This document shows, in pieces, positions 54,760 to 63,706 of a stretch of DNA of 64,000 bases. Source of the DNA: a virus (lineage: Duplodnaviria > Caudoviricetes). The first letter of the stretch is position 1. Each line of letters opens with the position of its first letter. The notes beneath the pieces were generated by a model, which was not told where the DNA came from, did no database searches, and was given only the letters and a program-made list of their open reading frames with translations. The position numbers and the translations under genes were made by a program. Location: the IMG/VR virus record IMGVR_UViG_3300006805_000023; one strand, written 5' to 3'.

Positions 54760-57700
54760 ATGAGCAAAGTCCTAAAGCAGCCCGTTATGTCCGGGCCTGA
54801 GCATCCACCATCCGAGGAGCATCCGGCCTGCATTAAGTGCGCCTTGTTCAAGACTGCCGAGACCCCGTTCTGGGACTCCTTCTACGAGCAGGACGGCAAG
54901 ATCAAGATGGGGATGCCCGATTACCCGGTGAACGGTGGCTGGGTGATGGTAGTCGGCGACGGGATCTCCAAGGAAATGGACGAGGAGGAGAAGCCGACCG
55001 ACCTTAGCGTGCTGATCAAGCACCTACGGAGCATGGGTCTCAACAACCGCGTTGTCTATGTGCCAGGCACGCTCTGTGTGGCCCCGGACGGTACCGAGGG
55101 ACGCAAACGCAACCTCAAGAAGCCAGAGATCAGCCGCTGCTTCGGTCACCATATCCGGTGGCGGGTGGACTACCTGAAGAACATCGGCCTGTGTGGGCTG
55201 ATTGCCGCCGGTCCCGTGGCGTCCTATAGTCTGCTGGGCCACATGGACTCCAAGCAGTGGGGGCAGCGCAAGCCCTACGTCCACGACCACGACATCCCGG
55301 TGATCGGGACGATTGACGTGGAGGCGACTCTGGTTGCTCCGACCAAGCGCCCCCTGCTGATTACGCAGCTCCAGTTTGCTGTGGACTCCTTGGAAGGGCG
55401 CATCGCAGCTACTGACCGTCACCAGGTCGCCTACACAGTGGCGTGGTCTCCTGAAGAGTTCGATGCTTGGTTTGAAGGTCTGGACCTGCGCAAGCCGCTA
55501 ATGTGGGACGTGGAATCCAGTGGGGTCAAGCCCTTCGCAGCTGGTTACCGTCTGGGCGTGTTTTCCTTCTACCACCCGTCCCGCGACAAGGTTCTGATCG
55601 TGGCGACTCCGGACTACAAGCATGCTCACGACAAGTATTCAGACTGGGTGGATGCTGCCCTGGAACGCTTGGAACAGGGCTCCGAAGAGGATGTGCCGTG
55701 CAACAGTTTCGACCAGCAGTGGCGCAAGATGGAGCCAAAGGTCAAGAAGGTGATCGAGGCTGAGGAGTACAAGAAGCTGGGTCACAATCAGCAGTTCGAT
55801 GATGTGTCGGTGTATGCCAGGTACCGCTGGCAGATGGGCGGCTACTTCAACGACACGATGATCATGAACTACCTGTTGACGCCGGACGAAAAGCGCAACG
55901 GTTTGGAGGCTCTGGTCCAGAAGTGGTATCCGGAGGCCGACGGTTACTGGGACGCTCTGGACGAATATAAGAGCCAGTACAACCCAGAGTCTTACATGGA
56001 GATTCCGTGGGACGTCTTGGTGCCTTACGCGGCCTACGACACCTGGGTGCTGTGGCCGGTGTTCATGGCGATCCTCAACGAGTTCAAGAGGCTGGATGAC
56101 GAAGAGTATGGCGGCCTGTTCGTGAGGCGCACCGAGGGTGGAGTGATCCAGCCCACCTACTCGCTCCTTGAGTATGCGATGTTTGGCCGGAAGATTCACC
56201 AACGGATGTGCACCGAGCTGGAGAAGACCGGAGCACCGATCGACACCGAGCTGCTGCCACGCATTTACGACGAGTACAACAGGCAGCGTGATGCTTTGGC
56301 CGTCAAGCTCAACTCCCATCAGGACGTCGTAGCCTTCTGCTCCGAGGTCCTAGGACCACAGGCCAAGAAGGGAACCCCGAACTTCAAGCTGTGGAAGGCA
56401 GGCGAGATCCCAGAGCTCAACTGGGGCTCGCCGGTCCAGCTCAAGACCTTCTTCCTTGACTACCTCGGAATGAGCACTGACCGCCGGACCAAGACCGGCG
56501 GTGTCAGCCTGGATGAAACGGCCCTGCTGGGTATGATGACGGAGCACGAGATCGTCAAGATCCTGCTGGACTGGCGCGGAGCCGACAAGTTCGTGACCTC
56601 CTTCCTCGATCCGCTCATCGAAAAGCGCGTGCTGTGGCCGGACGGACTCACCCACGCCTCCTTCAGGCCGTCCGGCACCGAGACCAGCCGTCTCGCAGTG
56701 TCCAGCCCGAACGTCCAGGCCATCCCGCGTGACGGCTTGGTCAAGAAGCTCTACTGCCCACGCGACCGTGCCAAGGGCTGGCTGGTGACACGCGATTATT
56801 CAGGCCTCGAAGTCCGCGTGATGGCTTGTATGGCGTCCGATGAATCGCTGATTCACACCTTCATGACGGGTGGTGACCCCCACTTCAACACGCAGCGCCA
56901 CTTCTTCCACGACAAAGCTGACAAGAAGAATAAGACCCAGCGCTCGATTTGCAAGCAGGCCCTGTTCGGGCGAATTTACGGCCAGACCGCCAAGGGTCTG
57001 TATGAACTACTGCTCGGAAACGGTGTGATGAACCCCGACACCGGCCTCCCGATCACTATGGAGGAAGCCGAGGCCTTCAACCAGATGCTGGACGACGCCT
57101 ATCCGGCCATCGCCAGCTGGGTCAACGCCTCTCACCGCTTCTCGATCGCTACCAAATACGTGGCGTCGCCCTTCGGATTCGTCCGCCCTCTGGACGCCCT
57201 GCAGGACCACGCCACCTTCCTGACCCGGAAGCGTGAAAAGGGTTGCTGGGACAATCAGCGCTTCCGCAAGCTCTCCAGCGCTATCTCGAAGGACCTCAGG
57301 CGTGCTCAGAACTGTGTGGATGCTGAGACCGAGTGTCTTACTGCCGAAGGCTGGAAAACCTATGATAAGCTGGCAGCCGGTGAGCTAATCATGACGAAAA
57401 ACCCGGATACCGGAATCCTGGAGTGGCACCCGATCCTGAAGATGAACGTCTTCGAGGAATCGTCCACGCCGGTATGGGAAGTCGAGACCAACGCCTTCTC
57501 GGCCTGCGTTACCCCGAACCACCGCTGGCTGGTGACGACCCGCAAGCGTGGCGGCAAGGGTAAGCCAACCCAGTATGTCGATGAAATCTTGACGATGGAG
57601 CAGATGGTAGCCTCGAAGGGCTTCTAGTCTCTGCACCGGACTGGCGAGTGGGAAGGTGCAGACGCCCCTTATTCAGACCGGTTCCTGCAGCTCATCGGGT

Positions 57701-58791
57701 GGTATGTGACCGACTCCAGCATCAAGCGTGGAGTGGATGGGAGGTCTTCTACAATTGAAGTCGGTCAGGACTCTTCCAAAAAAGACAACTGCGAGCAGAT
57801 TCGAAGCATCCTTGGCGACTGGGCTATCAGCGAACGCCCGGAAGGGACTTTCTTGCGCTGGCGTGTGAATGTTGCTATCTCAGAGGAGGTCATCAGGCTG
57901 CTACCGCGCCGGAAGCTCACCAACGAGTTCATCAGGTCACTCTCGCAGTTTCAAGCAAGACTCGTGATGAGTGAAATGCTCAAAGGAGATGGCAGCCGTG
58001 GGCGTGTCCTCTATGCTGAGGACCAGGAGGAGGTTGACTTATTTCAGACTCTGGCTTTCATAGCTGGCATCGCCACCAACGCTGGTTGGCGTGACATGTC
58101 GAAGTACCCGCCACGTGCCAGCAAAAAGCTTAAGCGTCCGATCATTTCGAAGAAGGGTGGCTACTGGGAAGTTTCGGTTCTCAGCCGTAAGACAGCGCAG
58201 GTCCTGAAGCCACAGGTCAAGATTATCGACGACAAGCGCTTGGTGTGGTGCCCGACCGTGCAGAACAGCACCTGGGTGGCCCGTCGCAAGGGCTGCGTTT
58301 ACGTGACAGGGAACACCGCGATCCAGTCGGCTGCCGGAGACCTCACGGTGTTCGCTGGTTGGCAGATCCGCAACGTCATGAAGGACGTTGGGCTGGACTC
58401 CGAGATCGTCAACATCGTTCACGATGATATTTGGATCAACGTCAACAGCGATGATCAGGTGCCGATGACCACCGCTGTGATGCGTCAGGTCATGGACAAC
58501 TCACCGGACTGGCTCCCCGACATGCTCCCAGGCTATGACCCGTCTTGGATCACGGTGCCGATCATCGGCGAGTGCGACGTCGGGATCAACGCCAAGGACG
58601 CCTTTGGCGCTAAAGAACCTGATTGGGGCGTGGCCGACTCCCGTCTGAAGCTCAAGGTGCCAGGCGTCGTCATCAACAAGATCAACGGGCGCGACCTTGC
58701 GACGGAATGCGAGCCAGACTACGTCGATTTCTTGGATAACTCAGATCTTCTCAGGTCAGTACTCAACGTACAACGTAGCCAGTTCAATTAA
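54760..58791 (+). CDS. polA: family A DNA polymerase (UDG-like N-terminal domain, 3'-5' exonuclease, intein) interrupted by one in-frame TAG at 57625-57627
   Basis: WDVESS, GHNQQFD, YAAYD exo motifs; TGTETSRL, RDYSGLEVR (motif A), KQALFGRIYG (B), AQN|TAIQS, IVHDD (C); track ORFs 54676..57627 and 57706..58791 are in the same frame. Confidence 0.9.
57313..58314 (+). mobile_element. intein (334 codons) with degenerate LAGLIDADG domain and internal TAG
   Basis: starts CVDAETECLTAEGW, TPNHRW block B, LIGWYVTDS and MLKGDGS, ends VWCPTVQNSTWVARRKGCVYVTGN followed by Thr+1. Confidence 0.9.
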
Positions 58792-58803
58792 ACACCCTCT
58801 CTC

Positions 58804-59019
58804 ATGTACTTTCGCCGCATCAAGGAAGCCCTTCTCCTCACCTACTTCGCCACCAACTCAACCGGTAACTTTGTAGCTGCTCTCAAGAAGCTCGACGAAC
58901 GAAACGAGGCATCCTGGCAGGTCGCCACCGGCACTGATCGCAGCCCAGTCATCCGAGAGGAAGGACTCACCATGGAACAGGCCTTCGAGGCCGCTGAGCG
59001 TATCGAAGTCATGGGATAA
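58804..59019 (+). CDS. small hypothetical protein
   Basis: 71-aa ORF. Confidence 0.5.
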   Translation: MYFRRIKEALLLTYFATNSTGNFVAALKKLDERNEASWQVATGTDRSPVIREEGLTMEQAFEAAERIEVMG

Positions 59020-59020
59020 C

Positions 59021-59049
59021 TTGACAGGAGCGCGCTCCTGTTGTATGTT
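59021..59049 (+). promoter_or_regulatory. sigma70-type promoter containing an 18-bp perfect palindrome
   Basis: TTGACA-17 nt-TATGTT; ACAGGAGCGCGCTCCTGT at 59024-59041. Confidence 0.65.
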
Positions 59050-59078
59050 ATCTAGTCGTTTCCCACCACACTCCCCCT

Positions 59079-59750
59079 ATGTCAAAACCAACGCCCGCAT
59101 CCGCCCTGTCAGCCTTCGCCAAGAAGGAACCTGCCAAGAAAGTCACCACCCTCACTCTCGATGAGGTCGAGCTGCACAAGCAGGTCCTCGAATACGCCAA
59201 GGCTAAGAAGGCTATGGACGAAGCCGAAGCCGCCCTCAAGAAGTTCAAGCCGGAACTGCGCGACGCCGCCTTGGCGCTCTACGCTGATCACAACGTCGCT
59301 ACCAGTGTTTTCGCTGGCAATGTGGCCTTGCAGTCGCCGTTCGCCGACCTGCGCGTCAACTTCAACAACGGCTACCGGTCCGCTCTGACCAACGAGGCGA
59401 TCGCAGACGCCGAGGCCGCCATCGGCAAGCCTCTCAAGCAGCTGTTCACGACCGCCACGACCACTCTGGTGGACTTCGACAAGCTCCCCAAGGAGCTGCG
59501 CGCCAAGTTCGAGGAAGAGTTCCTGCACCTGTTTGAGAAGTATGACGCCGTCGGAGCCGTCACTCTCAAGTCGGTCAACACCGTCGTGGAAGACTTCAAT
59601 CAGAAGGTGCTCAAGGTCCTCACCGCTGACGAGATCGTGGTGCTCGACCAGTCCCTGCCGATCCCAGCCACCTTCACGGTGACCCGCCTGGAGTCCCCCG
59701 AATTCATCACCGCAGCTCTCCTGAAGCTGCAACAGGGGGCTCAGGCATGA
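59079..59750 (+). CDS. hypothetical protein
   Basis: 223 aa with very strong codon bias. Confidence 0.65.
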   Translation: MSKPTPASALSAFAKKEPAKKVTTLTLDEVELHKQVLEYAKAKKAMDEAEAALKKFKPELRDAALALYADHNVATSVFAGNVALQSPFADLRVNFNNGYRSALTNEAIADAEAAIGKPLKQLFTTATTTLVDFDKLPKELRAKFEEEFLHLFEKYDAVGAVTLKSVNTVVEDFNQKVLKVLTADEIVVLDQSLPIPATFTVTRLESPEFITAALLKLQQGAQA

Positions 59751-61771
59751 GCCCATACTCCTCCCCAACACCAGTTGCGAACGTGTCGGCCTTGGTCGAT
59801 GAGATCGAGATCACGAAGCTCACCGAGGAACTCGAAGCGGCAGCCGCAGCCTACTACAAGGATGGCAGCTCCACGATGACCGACGCAGAGTTCGACCTCA
59901 AAGTCGAAGAGCTGCGCGAGCGCGACCCCGAAAGCGACTTCCTGAAGAAGGTCGGCGCTCCTCCGAGCAGCAACCTCCCTAAGATCGCCCACAAACTCCC
60001 AATGCTGAGCCTCAACAAGGCGACCACGCAGAAGGACTTGAAGGACTGGATCGCCCGCCTCCCAGGCCACTGCCCGGATGAAGATGGCGTCGCGGTTCAG
60101 TTCAAGATGGATGGTGCCTCGGTGGAGCTGTTCTATGACAAAGGCATGCTCGTCCATGGCTCTACCCGTGGCGACGGCGTGACCGGCGAAGATGTCACGG
60201 TTGCGGTTCGCAAGGCTGTTGGCGTCCCCGTCAAAGTCTTGTTCACCGGGCCTCTCTGGGTGCGCGGTGAAGTCACCCTGCCAATCTCCAAATGGGCTGA
60301 GGTCGATCCTGAAATGAAGACCAACCCACGTAACGTCGGGACTGGCATCCTCAGTCGTGAGGATGGGTCGGATGCTGAGAAGCTACGTTTCACAGCATTC
60401 TCTTGCAACGGCAAGGAGATCGACACCCTTAACCACCTTCTTGAAAGCGACGTCCTAGCGTTCCTCAACCTGCAGGGATTCCATATTGCTGAGACCGCGT
60501 TCGTGAAGCTCGATCTGGAAGCCATCGAGCGCGCCATCGAACACATCCGTGAGCGTCGCCCGACCCTTGAATACGCGATCGACGGAGCCGTCATCAAGTT
60601 CAACAGTCTGCAGGCGCAGCACGCCCTCGGAGTGTCGAGCGGACGCCCCAAAGGCCAGATCGCCTTCAAATGGCCATCCGACACCATCGAGACCGTTCTG
60701 ACCGGCGTCACCCTTACAGTAGGCCACACCGGCTACATCGCCCCGACGGCCCAGCTTGCTCCGGTGCAGCTTATGGGCGTGACGGTCCAAAACGCCCTGC
60801 TCAACAACTGGGACGAGATCGCCCGCCTCGGAGTTGCCATCGGTGACACCGTGCTGGTCGAACGCTCTGGCGAAATCATCCCGAAGATCATCGGAGTCAT
60901 CAAGCGCCCTGAGAACCGTCATCCCATCCTGGAGCCTACTAGCTGCCCAGAATGTGGCGGCCCATGCGCACGCTCCACCAGCACTACTGGCGAGTCCGGC
61001 GTCCTGACGGTCTGCCTGAGCAACGACTGCCCATCACGCCTCCGTGGTGTGGTCAAGCGTTGGGTCAAGTCCCTCGATATCTTGGGGATTGGCGACGACG
61101 TTCTTGACTCGATGTTCAAGAGCGGACTGGTGCGAGACCGCATCAGCCTCTACACGGTGCGTCTGGATGATCTGTCAGCCATCCGGGTCGGCAACGGCGT
61201 CCTCGGCCTCAAACGTGCTGATTCAATCATGCATGAGATCAAAAAGACTCATGGTGCGCTGAGCATCAGCCAGTTCATCGGCTCGCTCGGCGCTCCTTAT
61301 CTCGGCGTCCGTAAGGCAGCTATCATGCAGGGACTCGCTAAGGGTGAGCTCAACAAGCTCTCTGACTGGGTCGGTGGCAAGCTGCTCGAAATCGGGTCAC
61401 GGGTCCAGGCCGGTGGCACCGCACCAGTGATGCACGCCTTCTTCCAACGCAATCTGGAAGAGATCAACCGCCTCGCCGTGGTCTGCCTGAAGGCTGAGAG
61501 CGACTTCGTGGAACCTGCTCCTGAGCTTGCCTCGCTGCCGGAGGGTAAGAAGCGCCACACGTTCCTGCTCACCGGTAAGTTCGACCAGAAGAAGTCCCAC
61601 TACCACGACCTCATCACCGCTGCCGGTCACCTCTTCGAAGAGGACTTCAAAGCCGGAGTCACCCACCTCGTGCAGGCTGATCCGGAGTCCGCCAGCGCAA
61701 AAACCAAGAAGGCTCAAAAGGCTGGCATCCCAGTGATCGGGATTGACAATCTGATGTCCTTGATTTCGTAA
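59747..61771 (+). CDS. ligA: NAD-dependent DNA ligase
   Basis: YYKDG..MTDAEFD, KMDG adenylation motif, RGEV, NPRN, DGAVIK, CPEC..C..C Zn finger, HhH repeats, C-terminal BRCT. Confidence 0.95.
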   Translation: MSPYSSPTPVANVSALVDEIEITKLTEELEAAAAAYYKDGSSTMTDAEFDLKVEELRERDPESDFLKKVGAPPSSNLPKIAHKLPMLSLNKATTQKDLKDWIARLPGHCPDEDGVAVQFKMDGASVELFYDKGMLVHGSTRGDGVTGEDVTVAVRKAVGVPVKVLFTGPLWVRGEVTLPISKWAEVDPEMKTNPRNVGTGILSREDGSDAEKLRFTAFSCNGKEIDTLNHLLESDVLAFLNLQGFHIAETAFVKLDLEAIERAIEHIRERRPTLEYAIDGAVIKFNSLQAQHALGVSSGRPKGQIAFKWPSDTIETVLTGVTLTVGHTGYIAPTAQLAPVQLMGVTVQNALLNNWDEIARLGVAIGDTVLVERSGEIIPKIIGVIKRPENRHPILEPTSCPECGGPCARSTSTTGESGVLTVCLSNDCPSRLRGVVKRWVKSLDILGIGDDVLDSMFKSGLVRDRISLYTVRLDDLSAIRVGNGVLGLKRADSIMHEIKKTHGALSISQFIGSLGAPYLGVRKAAIMQGLAKGELNKLSDWVGGKLLEIGSRVQAGGTAPVMHAFFQRNLEEINRLAVVCLKAESDFVEPAPELASLPEGKKRHTFLLTGKFDQKKSHYHDLITAAGHLFEEDFKAGVTHLVQADPESASAKTKKAQKAGIPVIGIDNLMSLIS

Positions 61772-61778
61772 AACCACT

Positions 61779-62690
61779 ATGTCGATCCTAAAAAGCCTCT
61801 TCGGAGGCTCATCCAAGCCGAAGCCAGTAGCCATCAAGCCAGAAGACCGTCTCAAGCGTGAGCTTGAGCGTGTCAACGCCGCACCCCCAGAAGGTGACGC
61901 CGAAATGAACGATCAGGAGCGCGCTCTGATGTGCTTCTCCGCCCAAGAGAAGCGTGAGATGTTCGAGGCCCGTTGCATCCTGCAGCTCCTCCCATCTATG
62001 AGCGTCACCGCGATCACTGAGGTGGTTCAGGTCATGGAGAGGGCTGGCAAGAAGGTCACCAAGCAATACGTCCATCAGGTCATCTACCCGAAAGACCCTG
62101 AGCGTCTGTTCGCTTCCCATAGCCCTGGGTACAAGAAGGTCTGGTGCACCTTCCGTGATGCCATCCACGACAAAATCCGGATGCCGAACGAACAGGAGCT
62201 GGCAGCGATCAGCGCCCTCAAGGAAGCACCAGTCACTCGTCGTGAGATCCTCAAGGAGATCAAGCTCTCGGAGCCTGCTGCCAAGAAGATCAGCGAGGCC
62301 TGCGCGATGCGTGACGCTTACCGGGCGACCGTAACAGCCATTGCTCAGCTGCGCGATGGTCGCGAGGTCCTGCTGCTCGGTGTCAACGCTTCCAGGCTGA
62401 AGTGGATCAAGGTCAAGCTGCGCAAGCTCGGCATCAAGTACTCACTCCGGAAGGATGACTCGGTTTATCCGAACCGCTGCTTGATCACGCCATCGACCAT
62501 CCCGGTCAAGGACGAGGTGTTCTCGGTTGAGAAGTGGCTGGCGGAGAGCATCGGCGTTGGTATCCGGTCAGTCGGTGCCGATCCGCTGATGCGCCCCAAC
62601 CTTGTAGGTCCGAAGGCCGAGGAGACCCTGTTCGGGAAGACCTTCAAGGTCTATCACGTGCTCGGCAACGCGAAGTGCGCGCAGGTATAG
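61779..62690 (+). CDS. hypothetical protein
   Basis: 303-aa ORF following ligA. Confidence 0.6.
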   Translation: MSILKSLFGGSSKPKPVAIKPEDRLKRELERVNAAPPEGDAEMNDQERALMCFSAQEKREMFEARCILQLLPSMSVTAITEVVQVMERAGKKVTKQYVHQVIYPKDPERLFASHSPGYKKVWCTFRDAIHDKIRMPNEQELAAISALKEAPVTRREILKEIKLSEPAAKKISEACAMRDAYRATVTAIAQLRDGREVLLLGVNASRLKWIKVKLRKLGIKYSLRKDDSVYPNRCLITPSTIPVKDEVFSVEKWLAESIGVGIRSVGADPLMRPNLVGPKAEETLFGKTFKVYHVLGNAKCAQV

Positions 62691-63706
62691 CACCCCTTTT
62701 TGACCTCGTGTACCCTGACGACCGCGATGACATTCGCGGCCTCAGGGTAAAACTTTTGGTCCATGGTGATTCTGACAGGCATCTTCACACCACAGTTGGC
62801 ATCACCGAACAAGTTCACGACCACGTAACTGCGACGCCATGAAGCAAATGAGTTGCTAGTAGAGGCAAAGACCTTCAGAGCCTCTTGCTTTAGGCAAGCA
62901 CGAACCTCACGTGATTTCGACTCTGATAGTGGGGTACGACCGCGCTCTTCCCCTGCAGCGAGGCCACCGGGGGAGGTCAGGAGTTCGAGCTTTTCGGGGT
63001 CAAATCCGAGGGACGTCTCTTCACCGCCTCCCTCCGCAAATGACAGCGTGGCCGACCCTTCTACCGAGTCAACTACCTGATCATAGTCTGGTCGTATGCT
63101 GTCACGCACGGTTCGCGGCGTGCAAAATGACACCTCGTCCCCATTGGACGAGAACAGGCAATAGCCGCCCTCACCGCGTGAATTCACAGCCCTCTTCGTC
63201 AGGTGCCTTCTGATGAACTCGTGAGCAGACCAGCCTGGACAATGCAAGATCCTGAACTCGTCCGGGGTTTGAGTAGTCTCGATGGTACCAGGCGTCATCC
63301 CTGACTCCTGAATGACGCGGGAAGCTGTCTCCGATACCTCGCCTTCGTAGTGTTTCATCAAGGACGACGCCAGCATGACGGCTCGCTTTTCGATCGTCAC
63401 GAACTCAAACCGCATCGTGGTCTTGCGCCTTCTGATCCGCGATCCGATCACGATGTGACGTTGTGTAGGCAGGGTGACGGATAGCGCCGTGTCCTTGATC
63501 GAAAACTCGATCTCCCCACCGGCTTTGATCAGCTGCGAGTAGTTGGCGAGCCAGGCTTCCGACTGCTGCCCCATCGGTTTGCTCACGTGCCACGCCATCG
63601 ACCAGTCCCCATCAGCCCGGTCCACGAACCTGAGAGACTCAAACGAGTCGCTGAGTGCGTCATCCTTGTAACGCACACACCAGGAGGTCTTTTGTTGGAA
63701 TGCCAT
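62654..63706 (-). CDS. putative baseplate hub (T4 gp27/late control D-like) protein
   Basis: 350 aa; HYEGEVSE, IETT, CPGWSAHEFIRRHL...GYCLF pattern; TAATG-coupled to upstream Ser-tailed gene. Confidence 0.45.
   Translation of the reverse strand: MAFQQKTSWCVRYKDDALSDSFESLRFVDRADGDWSMAWHVSKPMGQQSEAWLANYSQLIKAGGEIEFSIKDTALSVTLPTQRHIVIGSRIRRRKTTMRFEFVTIEKRAVMLASSLMKHYEGEVSETASRVIQESGMTPGTIETTQTPDEFRILHCPGWSAHEFIRRHLTKRAVNSRGEGGYCLFSSNGDEVSFCTPRTVRDSIRPDYDQVVDSVEGSATLSFAEGGGEETSLGFDPEKLELLTSPGGLAAGEERGRTPLSESKSREVRACLKQEALKVFASTSNSFASWRRSYVVVNLFGDANCGVKMPVRITMDQKFYPEAANVIAVVRVHEVKKGCYTCAHFALPST

Noticed and set aside
57625-57627. Genome-wide TAG recoding (genetic code 15) as the explanation for the PolA stop
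   Set aside because: TAG ends many genes at sensible positions (e.g. 2495, 14582, 18133, 21561, 28009, 36351, 62690), and no other broken genes were seen.
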